A DNA stretch of 64,000 nucleotides from Oopsacas minuta (GCA_024704765.1 JAKMXF010000323.1:292403-356402); one strand, 5' to 3'. Counted from the first letter of the stretch, positions 22,095 to 33,750 are shown. The notes: generated by a model from the letters alone, not told the origin. Made by a program: numbers and translations.

Positions 22095-24385
22095 CACAGC
22101 CCTGCGGAAAAAAAATTTTATTTGCTGATTGTTATTGCAAAACATTTTCTAATCCACATTTTAATACTGATTTTGAATAATTTTGTAAAATATACGTATC
22201 ACATCTAGTTTTTTTGCAAAATTATTTTTAAATATTGGTATATTTATCGATGAATGCATGATACCTCACAAGTAAAATAGTGAAAATCTGCCATTTATAA
22301 ATTTTTATTGATAATATAATCTTAGTTAATAAATAATTTGAATATATTAGTCTGAATCAGGAGTAAATTTCCGTTTTTTTGACATTCTAGCATGAATAAC
22401 ATCAATACAATCTCTCTTGAGGCACCAGCAGTAATCAGCCATCATATGAACGTCCCACCTCCCCTGATATCGTGTTTCCATTGTTTTTATGTCTTGGTAG
22501 AATCGTTCACCTTGCTCCTCGGAAACAGCTCCAAGATTCTCTGGAAAATAGTCAATATGACTGTGAAGAAAGTGAACTTTTACACTCATATTGCAGCCGA
22601 GATTCTTGTAAGGTTCAATCAACTCATTCACAAGTATTTTATAATTAGGAGATTTCGTATTTCCCAAGAAGTTTTTCATGACATTTACAAATGCATTCCA
22701 TGCACATTTTTCTTTGCATATCATAGAATTTGAAAAATTATCATCTCGAACAAGTTGTCTTATCTGAGGACCGTCGAATATACCGGCTTTTCTTTTTTCA
22801 TCACTTAGGTAGTAAAATTTCTCGGTAATATATTTGAAACAATTTCCTTCTTTATCTAATGCCCTTACAAACTGTTTCATCAATCCTAATTTTATATGAA
22901 GTGGTGGAAGCAAAATCTTGAGAGGATCCACTAGAGGCTCGTGAATAATGTTCTTATCTCCAACATTAAGATTGGTTCTAGCTGGCCAGCTCTGTCTAGA
23001 ATAGTGTTCGCTCTTTGCACGACTGTCCCATAAGCATAAAAAACAAGGGTATTTTGTATATCCTGATTGCTGTCCCAAAAGAATGCATATGATTTTTAAG
23101 TCACCACAGATTACCCAATTGTGCTGGTTATAATTAATTTTATGAAGCACAATTTTCATATTATCATATCGTTCCTTTAAACTTACTGAATGTCCAATTG
23201 GTATGGAACTAAATTTGTTGCCATTATGAAGTAGAACACATTTCAAACTTTGTTTTGAACTATCAATAAAGAGTCTCCAATCATTAGGTACATACGGACA
23301 TCCAAGAGCATTAACTAGCGGTGAAACATCATGACAAAACACAAATCCGTCTTCCATTATGAAATATTTCAAAAATTCGATCTCTCTGTTCCTATATGAG
23401 TAAAATTTTGTTTCTGGGAGAAGCAAGTTTTTTTCTTTTAGCCTAGAACCTAACAACTCCGCAGATTCTTTAGGTAAATCTAAATCACGTACCAAATCAT
23501 TTAATTCAGACTGATTAAATAACTGTGGAGAATTAGAACGAGATAATACACACGGAATAAAATCCTCATCTTCTCTAATTAATGAATCTCTAGTTTCACA
23601 ATTATCAATTTCCGAGATAACATCCAAATTAGTAAATTTTGGAACAGGTACATTAATTGAATGGGGAACGGGTCGTATTGCTGAATGTAAATTTGGATAC
23701 TTGATCAATGACTTGGTTTTAGCATTGAATCCGGAAATATTCACCATACAAATGTAACAATCGCTAATGTGATTTTGTGGCTCTCTCCATATCATTGGAA
23801 TTCCAAAACTTAAACTCTTTCTGATTCCTTTTGTCCATTGTCTCAAATTTTCTACACAAGATCGGCACACTGTATGTGGAGCCCATGTTTTGTCTTGATC
23901 ACCTAATCTCATTCCAAAATATCCTAAATATGCTTTTTTAACAACTCCTGTTATTGCCGTAGTTTGTTTAGGGGTCATAAAACTACCACAAATATAACAA
24001 AAGACGTCTGGATCATTAGTGCACCTTCTCCGATAAGCCATATGATAATAAAATATCAAAATAGTAGACTATAGTACAATTAAGCTGTATTTAACAAAAA
24101 TAAAAATAAAACAAATTATGTAGAAAAGAATGGAGTTAAAGGGACTAATTAGAAAATGCAATAAAGCACGCATCTGTTTATTTCAAAAGACAAAATTCAC
24201 ACATGTATCAAATATAATCATTTATTCTAGGGAAGTGTACTTAAAAAATCGACTTACATTAAATGACATTTGAGTAAAAACGAGACGTGATAGGGGAATT
24301 CTGATGACAGATTGAGAATCAGCATACTCAAGTTAACTAAAAACAACCCATGGATAATAATCAGCAAATTTGACGCAGGGCAGTG
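22095..24385 (-). mobile_element. Full-length Chapaev3 (CMC superfamily) DNA transposon
   Basis: Termini cacagccctgcg / cgcagggcagtg (CACWG), 3-bp TSD TTA both sides, intact ORF. Confidence 0.88.
22347..24059 (-). CDS. Chapaev3-type transposase, 570 aa (likely start at MAYRRR)
   Basis: Cys-rich N-terminus CYICG/HTVCRSC/DCYIC; LFIDSS, CGDLK, CFLC, LPPLHIKLG, HFLHSH, EQGERF motifs (C2C, LH, H4H signature of the CMC group). Confidence 0.88.
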   Translation of the reverse strand: MIFYYHMAYRRRCTNDPDVFCYICGSFMTPKQTTAITGVVKKAYLGYFGMRLGDQDKTWAPHTVCRSCVENLRQWTKGIRKSLSFGIPMIWREPQNHISDCYICMVNISGFNAKTKSLIKYPNLHSAIRPVPHSINVPVPKFTNLDVISEIDNCETRDSLIREDEDFIPCVLSRSNSPQLFNQSELNDLVRDLDLPKESAELLGSRLKEKNLLLPETKFYSYRNREIEFLKYFIMEDGFVFCHDVSPLVNALGCPYVPNDWRLFIDSSKQSLKCVLLHNGNKFSSIPIGHSVSLKERYDNMKIVLHKINYNQHNWVICGDLKIICILLGQQSGYTKYPCFLCLWDSRAKSEHYSRQSWPARTNLNVGDKNIIHEPLVDPLKILLPPLHIKLGLMKQFVRALDKEGNCFKYITEKFYYLSDEKRKAGIFDGPQIRQLVRDDNFSNSMICKEKCAWNAFVNVMKNFLGNTKSPNYKILVNELIEPYKNLGCNMSVKVHFLHSHIDYFPENLGAVSEEQGERFYQDIKTMETRYQGRWDVHMMADYCWCLKRDCIDVIHARMSKKRKFTPDSD

Positions 24386-24417
24386 TTATTTATGCTAAAA
24401 GGTTTAGAAAAATTGAT

Positions 24418-24640
24418 TAGTCTATATAACCCAAATCTATTATTAATCCTGAAAGACTACTCGTTCGAATGGGGATAGCTGATATTATATTTAATGAGAA
24501 GTCGGTTGATTACTCCAAACGGACGCTTATGATAGTTTGTGACAATTAACCGACTTCTCATTGAATACAATATTGGTTATCCTCATTCAAACAATTAATC
24601 TTTCAAGAGCGATCATAAAATTTGGGTAATATACACTCTA
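24418..24640. repeat. Small foldback palindrome
   Basis: aatgagaagtcggtt / aaccgacttctcatt core; outer aacccaaat / atttgggta. Confidence 0.65.
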
Positions 24641-25194
24641 CAAAATTTACCAACCCTTTAGCATACATATTTGGGTAGTTACAGAGATCCACACCCAGGG
24701 CCCTATAGCACTGTGTCCGAGAGCCAACAATAGTTTAGGTTAGGGAGAGAATCAAATAATGTGTAAGTGATGAAATCGGTGAAACAATTCACTGGAAAGA
24801 TAAGGCCTGAGTAAATTACGCTTATGAATGTTTTCAGCTACTCCGTAAATGTACTTTTTATATTAGGAATCCAAATATCAATTCAAGGTGATAGCTCTAC
24901 TGGGTAAGGTAACAAAGTACATCACCGCATACTCAAAATATTAGAGTCCCCGAGAAGGCCAGTTTGATTTTTCTCATTTTCAAAAACTAACAATCTTAAT
25001 AATTGCAGATTGGAACTTACTAGCTTCCTAGGGTTACCTGATATAAGGAATCCATTACATTCACGGACATCGCCATGGGGGGCATAGAAAGTAATGCCCC
25101 CCCCTGTCAAAATCTCATGCCCAGGGCATGCCCCCCTAGTGAACTCTCATTTATACCAGGGATATATCTTGTACTTATTGATCTAAGGACTTAA

Positions 25195-25560
25195 CCGAAT
25201 TCTCCCGGAAGGTGTGTGATTTTATGAAGTCAAAAGATCCTGAAATCTTGATTTGGGTGCGGGAATTGTGTAAAACGATGGGTGTAAATTACGAGTTCCT
25301 TTTCGCTACAAAGTAACACTCGCCGTATTTTGTAATAATGTAATATAATTGAAGATTGTCGTGTCATGAAGCAACCATTTTCGGCCTTTTGAGATTGCAT
25401 TCTGCAGAGTTGCCATAGTAAAAAATCACCTCAGGCTGTGTCGGCTCTTTTACAAAGTGAAATAGCTTCGCACTCTCAGTTTTGTGAAAATTGGGGTCAA
25501 AATATAAGTAAAAAAAGTAACTCTTACCATAGTTGAAAATACCTGATTGAATAAAATTCC
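25195..25560 (+). repeat. Unclassified dispersed repeat; related copies at ~56420-56780 and ~57195-57340
   Basis: Shared motifs gatttgggtgcgggaatt, gttccttttc..tacaaa.gtaacact, cactctcagttttgtg, aaaatacctg.ttgaataaaattc. Confidence 0.6.
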
Positions 25561-25715
25561 ATTTAGCCTAAACAATGATCTTTCTAGTGAATTTCTTCTC
25601 TAAATACACTAATGTTTAAGATTACTCACAGGTTTTACATGACTACTAGCCTGGTCAAAATAATAAGGAAATAGCCCCAGCCCCAAAATAATTGTAAGAA
25701 TTATTTAATTGTATT

Positions 25716-26015
25716 TTTCCATAGCATCATGTCATGGGAACAACATACTGAAAGTTGAAACGAATCAGGACAATCAGAAAGTGAGTTCTCGCAATCCCGT
25801 CGTTTACTCAGACTCAAAGAATTGCCGGTTTTGAAACCTGAGCTAACATTTTCAAATAATTGCAGATCATTGTTTTGCCATATTCGTGCTCAGTATCAAA
25901 TTTCAGGAAATTTTAGAAAACCGTAAATTTTTAGAGTCTGGAGTCAACGATGGGATTCTAAAAACTCACTTTCTCATTGTTCGATTTCGCTGAACTGTTA
26001 TTCCCATCATAATAC
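25716..26015. repeat. Foldback palindrome
   Basis: ttttccatag...atgggaa...agaaagtgagtt...aatcccgtcgtt / aacgatgggatt...aactcactttct...ttcccat...ctatggaaaa. Confidence 0.75.
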
Positions 26016-26491
26016 TATGGAAAATGCAATAAAACAATATCTTGCAAATTTTTTGACGTCATACATTATATTGACTGACTATAAATTCTATTTTAGTAGA
26101 AATATTATTTTTGTAATTTTTCCAATTTGTGAGTTCAATTCCATAATATTCCCTGTGATAGAGTAAAATGGCATTATGATTAGGAGTCGGCATAGTCACA
26201 ATCATTTGATAAACGGTGAGTTTAAGCATAATTAAGTCAGTATAGTAAATTGGGAAGGGTAATAAAATTACAATACTGTTGATTCAACTGTTTAGATTGG
26301 AGTACATCAAAACTCTACCAGAGACAGAAAGTTACCATCAATACACTCCATTTAGTCAAACATTATTAGGAGCGAAGCGTATTAGTGATCCGTTTTATTA
26401 CACGGTAACATATGACTTTAAAGCATTTCGTGTGACAACCTCACACCTTAACAATTTGTCACTTGTATGTATGACAAAGACTGGTATATTG

Positions 26492-26662
26492 CAGGCACGT
26501 AGCTACAAGGGGGGCAAGGGGGGGGCAGTCGCCCCCCCAAAAGTTTTTCTCGCCCCCTCCCCCAGATACATTTGGAGGTTTTGTTTGTACATACAGTGTA
26601 GTTAGCTTATTAGCAACCAGCTTTCGGGTCCCAAACAGGATTATAATGTTAATTTCGTTGCC
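26492..26662 (+). mobile_element. Missing right (5') end of the deleted hAT copy, in inverted orientation
   Basis: Reverse complement of ~56220-56398 (caggcacgtagctac...gggtcccaaac.ggattataatgttaatttcgttgcc); preceded by gtatattg, the reverse complement of the caatatac TSD at 20695-20702. Confidence 0.95.
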
Positions 26663-26779
26663 TTTGATAACATATTATTGAGAAATTGTTAAGTTGTATA
26701 ATATTCTTGTGATATTTCCTAAGAATAGTGATCTTGAAATATTAAGTATAATAATTACAAATATATATTAAGTTAAGTG

Positions 26780-28681
26780 TCATAGAGCAAGAGAAGTAGT
26801 AGTTATCTCACTACTTTTCTTTGCCAGGTGATTTAAAGTTTTGGCAGCTCTAATTACATCTTTTGAGAGAGGTTCCAACTTAATAGTATTAGCTACTACA
26901 TCGTAACATAACTGGTGTATTTCTTCTAAAGATGATACCGCAGACATTGTATGGAACGCGATAACATTAGCTTGAGAAACTATTTTTTCCAATTCGCCAT
27001 GTTTTTCTGCTGCCTCTTTTGTGTTGTTGGCTAGGCGAATAACTCCACTCTCTATATTAAACAAAGTATTTAACACCCAGATTAGTTTTGACCATGACTC
27101 ATGAAAGAAGGGTTCTGACCTCTCAGGAAGCTGTTTAGTGTTTACTGAAGCCTCACTTACCGCAGATAGAAAATACTGCATGAATTGCAACAAGTTACAA
27201 ACGGTAGCTAGTATTTCAGCATTCACAAGAGATTCATCAGTTAACTTCAAAACAACTTCTTCAACTAGATGACGAGATGTCGTAATGGATTGCATGGCTT
27301 GAGAACATACCTCTTTCATATATGCAAGCGCTCCTCTTGAAATACTGTTTGAGAGGTTACCGTTGTGAGAGAAAAATTGTTGTGCCTGAAGATCAAGATC
27401 AGGAGATCTATAATCATGGTGAAACTTACTTCCCCTACTGGTTCGCCTAGAATTTACTTGATATAGAACAAGTTGTGATACAAGAGAATTACTGATTATG
27501 CACACTATTGCATCAACATGTTTAGAGAGCTGTTTTAAAATAAGCTTCACGTCAACACGAGAACCTGGTTGTGTCGAAAATAGCATCTGTTTCATGCTCA
27601 GCCCTAAAGAAACTAACTCTTTACTCATTTCATCGGATTGAGGTCTTGTAATAATGCCGTTACAACACTCTACACTATGTGTTACGACCATTTCATAAGA
27701 AGCACTCATATTAAAAGCAGCGTGTCTCAAATTGTCACTCTCGGCGAATGGAATACTCTGTAAGTGGGATTTAGAGTTATAAAATGAATTAATAAAGTCT
27801 TTAGAGAACTGAAGAAGAAATTCTGCATGAGTTAGTAATCTATCAAGAGAAGTAATAGTCCTATGCTGTTTAAGATCACCGATCAATCTATCAATACGTT
27901 CAGAGCATAATTCTGGTACAGATCTAATGTGTTTGAAAAAGTCTGTTGGAGGAACAGAGGGCCTCACTGGGCGGAGATGCCTTGCTTGATCATCTATAAA
28001 TTTCGTTAGATGTGGATTAATGTCAATCCGCGGTTTTTTGCAAGCGAGAATCTCAGGCGTTAATTCAACATTAGGATCAGTGTTATGATACACTTCACTT
28101 TCATGAGAGATAGAAAGATTGCAATTTTCAGAATTATGGGGGGAAACTCCAGGGTGTGCTTCCGTAGATGCAGTAAGAATATCCACCAAACTAACTGGAA
28201 GGCTGAGTGGAAGGTGTGGAAGTTGAGGAGCTTGAATTGAATCATCTGGGGAGTCAGCTTCTATTGGTGCTTTATTATAAATAGCACATACTTTGCCAGG
28301 TGTATATAAGCCTAGATCCTTACTCCATTCGTCATCTGGGTGGTTGAAAATATCCATAGATTTGGTGGTAGAAAGATCTAATTCACTTTGGTATAGTTCC
28401 CGCATTAGTTCCAGCCGATTCCCGAATTTATCTAATTCCCAAAGAGTAGTAGTTTTATTTTGTTTGTTGTAGAGCCTAATTCCAATTTTTGAAGGTAATA
28501 TCGCTTCATTTTCTCCCTTTTCTGAACACTCAACATCTTCACGTGTAAAGAGGACTTTCTTTCCGAGATGCAAGGCAATAGCATTAGCCTCTTGCAGCAT
28601 CATTGATACTCTTACTAATTCAGAACCAGATAACTGAGGAAGAAACTCCATTACTTTCCGTTTTTCGTTAGCTTCGCGAGC
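26780..28681 (-). CDS. KIF14: KIF14-like kinesin-3, terminal coding exon (AREANEKRKV + 623-aa ORF)
   Basis: SMMLQEANAIA...LWELDKFGNRLELMRELY resembles KIF14 SMMIQEANAIS...FWSLEKFESKLAAMKELY (recalled from memory); acceptor ttttttatatag at 28682-28683, phase 0. Confidence 0.85.
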   Translation of the reverse strand, partial: AREANEKRKVMEFLPQLSGSELVRVSMMLQEANAIALHLGKKVLFTREDVECSEKGENEAILPSKIGIRLYNKQNKTTTLWELDKFGNRLELMRELYQSELDLSTTKSMDIFNHPDDEWSKDLGLYTPGKVCAIYNKAPIEADSPDDSIQAPQLPHLPLSLPVSLVDILTASTEAHPGVSPHNSENCNLSISHESEVYHNTDPNVELTPEILACKKPRIDINPHLTKFIDDQARHLRPVRPSVPPTDFFKHIRSVPELCSERIDRLIGDLKQHRTITSLDRLLTHAEFLLQFSKDFINSFYNSKSHLQSIPFAESDNLRHAAFNMSASYEMVVTHSVECCNGIITRPQSDEMSKELVSLGLSMKQMLFSTQPGSRVDVKLILKQLSKHVDAIVCIISNSLVSQLVLYQVNSRRTSRGSKFHHDYRSPDLDLQAQQFFSHNGNLSNSISRGALAYMKEVCSQAMQSITTSRHLVEEVVLKLTDESLVNAEILATVCNLLQFMQYFLSAVSEASVNTKQLPERSEPFFHESWSKLIWVLNTLFNIESGVIRLANNTKEAAEKHGELEKIVSQANVIAFHTMSAVSSLEEIHQLCYDVVANTIKLEPLSKDVIRAAKTLNHLAKKSSEITTTSLAL

Positions 28682-29118
28682 CTATATAAAAAAGTTACTG
28701 TCATAGCTCACCATTTATACTACTATAATGCCATTGACAAGGGCGACGGAAGGTGCGGAATAGTGGTCAGGATATTGGATTGATCTATATTTAAGTGGTC
28801 AGGCCCGGCCATAAAATATAACAACTTATCAGACCATAGCCTCACCAGCCTAATAGTTTATATCGCTTCTGATTAATCTGTGAGTAGAATGTCCAAAATT
28901 AATTGAAAAATCTTAGAAAACCCCAGAGCTGATCTTTGGCTCACGGGGATATTTTGAGCTTGGCTCAGAGAAGTTCGAGTCTTCGACGAATATTTACACT
29001 TATTACGAAATTATGACTTAATTGTCACCTTTACGATTACCGAAAAATAACAGTAATACTTGACAAAGCTCAACTGAAGTTAGATAGTTGGAATTTGAAT
29101 CACTGGTATCCCTCAATC

Positions 29119-30019
29119 CAGTGGCGTGCCAAGTGGCGGTCCGCCCCAGGTGCCACTCAATGAGGGTGCCAACTTTGACTGAGAGGGATACATTATATGG
29201 ATATTTGTGAGATCCAAGATGTAGTTACTGCGTTCCTATCATACCCGCTAAACTATATTACGTTTAGTTAGCAAAATAAATTCATCAAACCTACATTATA
29301 CAACATTCAAAACATCTGTTGGAAATAAATATCTCACATGCAGGGTGGGCCAAAAAACTGGCCCGACCAATTAGCTTCGAATGTGCATTATATTTAGGAG
29401 GGATTAACAAAACCATATAGTTCTATAACTAAAATGGCGTACAAGACGAATACAAGCTATTATTTTCGTAGGTTGGAAGTCTACGAGGATTAGAGCTTAT
29501 GTTCTAGATGAACACCATCAAAATCTTTCAATTTTTGGATTTTTAGACCAAATTCCCATTACATTCTTCAGAACTATTTCTCCCGGAATGACTTGCCGGC
29601 CTTCGGACCTACTATTTAGGTTTTTAACAGTTTTCTCAGTCTGAAATTTCATAATCCAACCCTGAATTCTCGATTTCCAGGGCGCATTTTTGACATCGAA
29701 TATAAGTACAAGTTTTCAGTAATTTCCATGAAGGACAGCGTTTCAAAAATTCTCTGAACTTGCTAAGACTCTTACTGAATATTCTATTACTTCGTCTTGG
29801 ATTATCTAACATATATTTACATGGAATAAATAGATTATTCTTGCTTTGTATGACTAATAGTTACAAGTTGGCCTGAAATTTGCACGGGGGCCGTGTTTTT
29901 TGCCCAACCTTGTAAATATACAATATACTTACTTAGCTATATATTGTATAAAATACAGAAAAAAAGTGGTGCCAACTTCAGATTCCACCCCGGTACCAAA
30001 GGTGCTTGGTACGCCACTG
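29119..30019. mobile_element. hAT-type non-autonomous element containing a nested Tc1-like MITE (29341-29912)
   Basis: TIR cagtggcgtgccaag / cttggtacgccactg, TSD cctcaatc / cctcgatc; inner TIR cagggtgggccaaaaaac / gtgttttttgcccaaccttg. Confidence 0.8.
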
Positions 30020-31159
30020 CCTCGATCTGATATGCATATTAATCATGGAATTAGAACTTCGTCAACATGATAGTACAAAAAGCCATCAGCAAATCGTTCC
30101 GTCTTTAGACCAATTTAGAGACATGTCCCACGTCCAGATTTTAGTCGGACAATCGTCCCAGAAAAAACGGGACACAAAGTCAGAAAAATTACTAGTTACT
30201 TCTGAATTATTATCTCTGCAAATTTCTGAGCTAACATAATCATTCCAATCACAGACCCCTAGATCATAACCAGGGTGATTTTGTAGGGTTTTACTTGTTC
30301 ACCACAAATGAAACCCTACAAGCTCTAATCTTAAGTAGTTCTTATACATGCTACTTGTATTGTCATCCTATGATTCCTATCTAATAACAAGACAACAATC
30401 AAAAGGAATGTATTCAATTAACCTAGTATAAAATTGGGCAACAGCAAAGTAATTTCATAATCAATTGAATTCTTTGGAATAGAAACGATTAGACAAGTAA
30501 GAATAAACCGAATGAATTCAGAACAACTATATTATAAAGCCAGCTATAACCTGTAAAATAAATACAAAAATAAGCAGGAAGTGTGGAATGGGCATACAGG
30601 GCCCGAGAGAGGGGTGGGAGTCTGGTACTTAATACCAGGGCCCAGGGTCAGTTGAGGCCAGATAACATTGAATCAGAGGACCAGGAATAAATTAGTTTAG
30701 GGAGAGAAAGGAGTAAAGTTTAGGTGATGAAGTCAAATTTTGCTGATAATCTTTGTATGCATATTCATATGCGGCGATCCTGGGGGGCAAGGGAGCCATT
30801 GTCTACCCAATATTTACATTAAACATAGAAAAGTAAATGTATAATACGAGTACCATTAGTAGAGTTTCATTTGGGGGAGACCCCTCCAATTTATATTTTG
30901 AATCTGCACTTGGGGATGTCGCCTCAAATTTGCGGTGAAGTCCCTTCAAGTTTAGGGGGAACTCCCCAAATCATTTTTTGGGAAGAATTTGAGTCTGGCT
31001 TAATATAAAAGTTCTGATATTCAAAAGCATGTTAGAGATCATCGTTCAGTTTAGATACCTATGCAACAAAGAAATTCACGATATGATGTGGACAATATCA
31101 TACAGTAGAACCTCGTTAATGCTTACACCAAGGACCGTAAGTCAAAGCTGTGGAGTGAA

Positions 31160-31870
31160 AAGACAATCTCATTTAGGACAAGATCGAGCTGCGGCAATCT
31201 TAGGTTATCGGATTTGATTTGTTACTAAGATCGAAGGGAAGAGTCATTCAGCAGTTGGAACACGCTCGATCGTTCACCACAAAGCACTTGCAGCACGGAC
31301 TCTTCCTGTCGAGGTCCTGATTGCACCTAATTATCTGATCAATATAGTTAACTTCCTAAAAACTGGGCCTTGAATACACGATTAATAATTTGTGAGGCTC
31401 TTTCATGAAGTTAGAGCAGACAAGGAAGCAATACTGTTTGACACGATATTTTGCAGGCTTTCAAAAGGGAATATTCTAGATTAAGTTTATGAGTTCAAAG
31501 ACGAATTGAAATGGTATTTGAAGCATAAGGAGAATCTTTTATAAGCCAGATGTAATTATGGAAGCGTCAAATGAAGGATCGAATAACAGGATCCTGCGCA
31601 ACCTAAATGAGGATTTCAAGGACAAAGTCCTCCTCGATAGTAATCACAATTAATTCAGACTCGTCCTCAGGTGGTCAGAGACGAATCCTGTCGATCTTTT
31701 GCGTATATAGAAAAGAAAGTTCGGAATGGAAGCTCATCAGGAATCATATTCTCACCGATGTTGAAAATATCACCGAAGAGCTCATTAGTTGAGTAGAAAT
31801 CATTTTTCGCACCAAAAATTCACGAAAGAAGAGGCAAAAGATAACCGTTTCAGATACTAGATGAACGATT
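31160..31870 (+). pseudogene. hAT Charlie/Buster-type transposase relic
   Basis: Translates as DRAAAILG, IVHHKALAARTLP, IVNFLK, CRLSKGNIL..VYEFKDEL (cf. consensus DGAPAMLG, HREALASKTLP, VRWLSKGNVL). Confidence 0.75.
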
Positions 31871-33655
31871 ATTTGGGTAGAGAGTGAACTTCTTAATCTT
31901 TTAATTCATAAAATCAGCCTATGTAGTACAGCAACAAAAAAATAACAATATGCGTATGATAACTAAACAATTTTCAATCTTTAATAATTTTGCTGACGAT
32001 AATTGCAATCGAATTTGGGAATTTTTGATCACTTGACAATGGAATAGGGTAAGAATCAGTAAAATGTGACACAGGGAGGGTCCCAATTTTCGGAAATGTT
32101 GCATTAAGTATGTTTGAAGATCCCTCTAATATTCTACTTTGATATTTCTTCTTCAATCTTCACTACAGGGCAGAGGTCATTGACATGGGTCAATGACCCG
32201 TTTGCAGGTCTGATCTGCTGTATATACCTGATATTTGGCATACTACAGGATATTGAAGGAAGTTTACTGATTTAATAAACAATTAGCGCAACTAGCCTCA
32301 TGAATCAGGATGGGCAAAGCTGACGTAATGCCTACCTGCCCTATACTTAGCGTATTATGGTGCAGTGTAATCTGAGTGAGACACAAATTACAGGGTACGT
32401 GCCCAATAGTTGCCCATGTTTAACCTATTATTTCAATACATTAAAATGAATAACTGATTCGATATCACAGCCATGCCAAATAATGTATTTGTATGATAAT
32501 CCTGATGCAGGATACTCCATCGATTAGGGTGAATCAGTTATCACCGCTTCTTTGTATACTCTATGTGCAGTATTGATCCATCATGTAAACTTTGAATGAA
32601 ATCCACAAAGAGTGGGACAAGTCATAAGTGTAAAATATAATATTCTAGATGTTTTCCTAGTAACCTCTTGGGTCCAAAAACCTCCTTTAGATTTTAAAAT
32701 CTAGCTTTATTCTAGGTTCCAAACCTTACAACAGGCGTTGGAATCTAGTAATTAGGAAAAAGCATCTCTTTAAGAGGTTAATATCTAGGTTTACTCTAGG
32801 TTTTGAACCCAGTTACTGGCATTCACACATAGGAATTATTAATGCTTCCACTCCATACTTGAAATTTGTTGCGGATCATATCCCAGTTAATCTAGCAATT
32901 CCAATCTTCGAAATTTTCTCTGTTCATGTCTAAGTTTGCCTATTTTCTACATTAATTACATTTATGAAATGTTTTTGACAGATAATGAATTATATTGATT
33001 AACCTCAATTTCCTCAATGATCTAGCGCTAGGTATCCATAGATGGCCCATAGATAATAATGCTTTCGGGGAACCAAGTTAAATTTCACGATCTCTTTAGT
33101 ATTATACTAGTAATATATACAGGGTGGTCCATGGATAATCTATTGATTAAAATTGTTTTACCTAAGGAATTCATAATTGTGAAGTCTCACGGATCCAAAA
33201 GGTCGTGTGAGACCCGCCCATTTGAACACAATCTCACTTGAATTCTCACCCTCTACTCTAAAATCTCTTGGTGAAATTGAAGATATTACAGGATAATTAG
33301 GATCTGAACGATACTTAGCCATTTTGGCGGTAAATAAGTTATTAGCATCAATATTAAATCAATACTAGCTAAATTCAACTCTTAAACAAATCTAACGGTT
33401 GGATTTTACCATAAGTTGACAATTATGGTAATTCTATATCTGATTTTGATGAACGATCGCTCGTTTTGTAACCAAAACTTGTACTCCTTGATATTTACTA
33501 ACCAAAACACCATAGAGTATATCAAAGCGTCCAGGGACTGAAATGAATGTCACATTATAAATGGTACTATGTATACATAAAAGTATTGTCAACACACAGA
33601 GTACTTTCAAGAGAACTCACAACTGTAAAATAGCTCCATGTGGACAAATGTGCTG

Positions 33656-33750
33656 TTTTATTGGCAACTGAAACATAGTTCTCGAATTTCTTAACAATAT
33701 TAAGAATAACGTTAAGAAATTCGAGAACGATGTTTCAGTTGCCAATAAAA
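33656..33750. repeat. Near-perfect 95-nt hairpin (40-bp stem, one mismatch, 15-nt loop) in a KIF14 intron
   Basis: ttttattggcaactgaaacatagttctcgaatttcttaac / gttaagaaattcgagaacgatgtttcagttgccaataaaa; 39 of 40 pairs complementary. Confidence 0.9.

Noticed and set aside
26505-26570. G/C-run island as a promoter or G-quadruplex regulatory element
   Set aside because: It is the subterminal region of the hAT end (same as 56335-56385); similar G/C-rich stretches elsewhere mostly coincide with hAT-type MITE ends.
31900-32170. Possible hAT dimerisation-domain fragment on the minus strand (TFPKIGTL...)
   Set aside because: The similarity is too weak and fragmented to call without a profile search.
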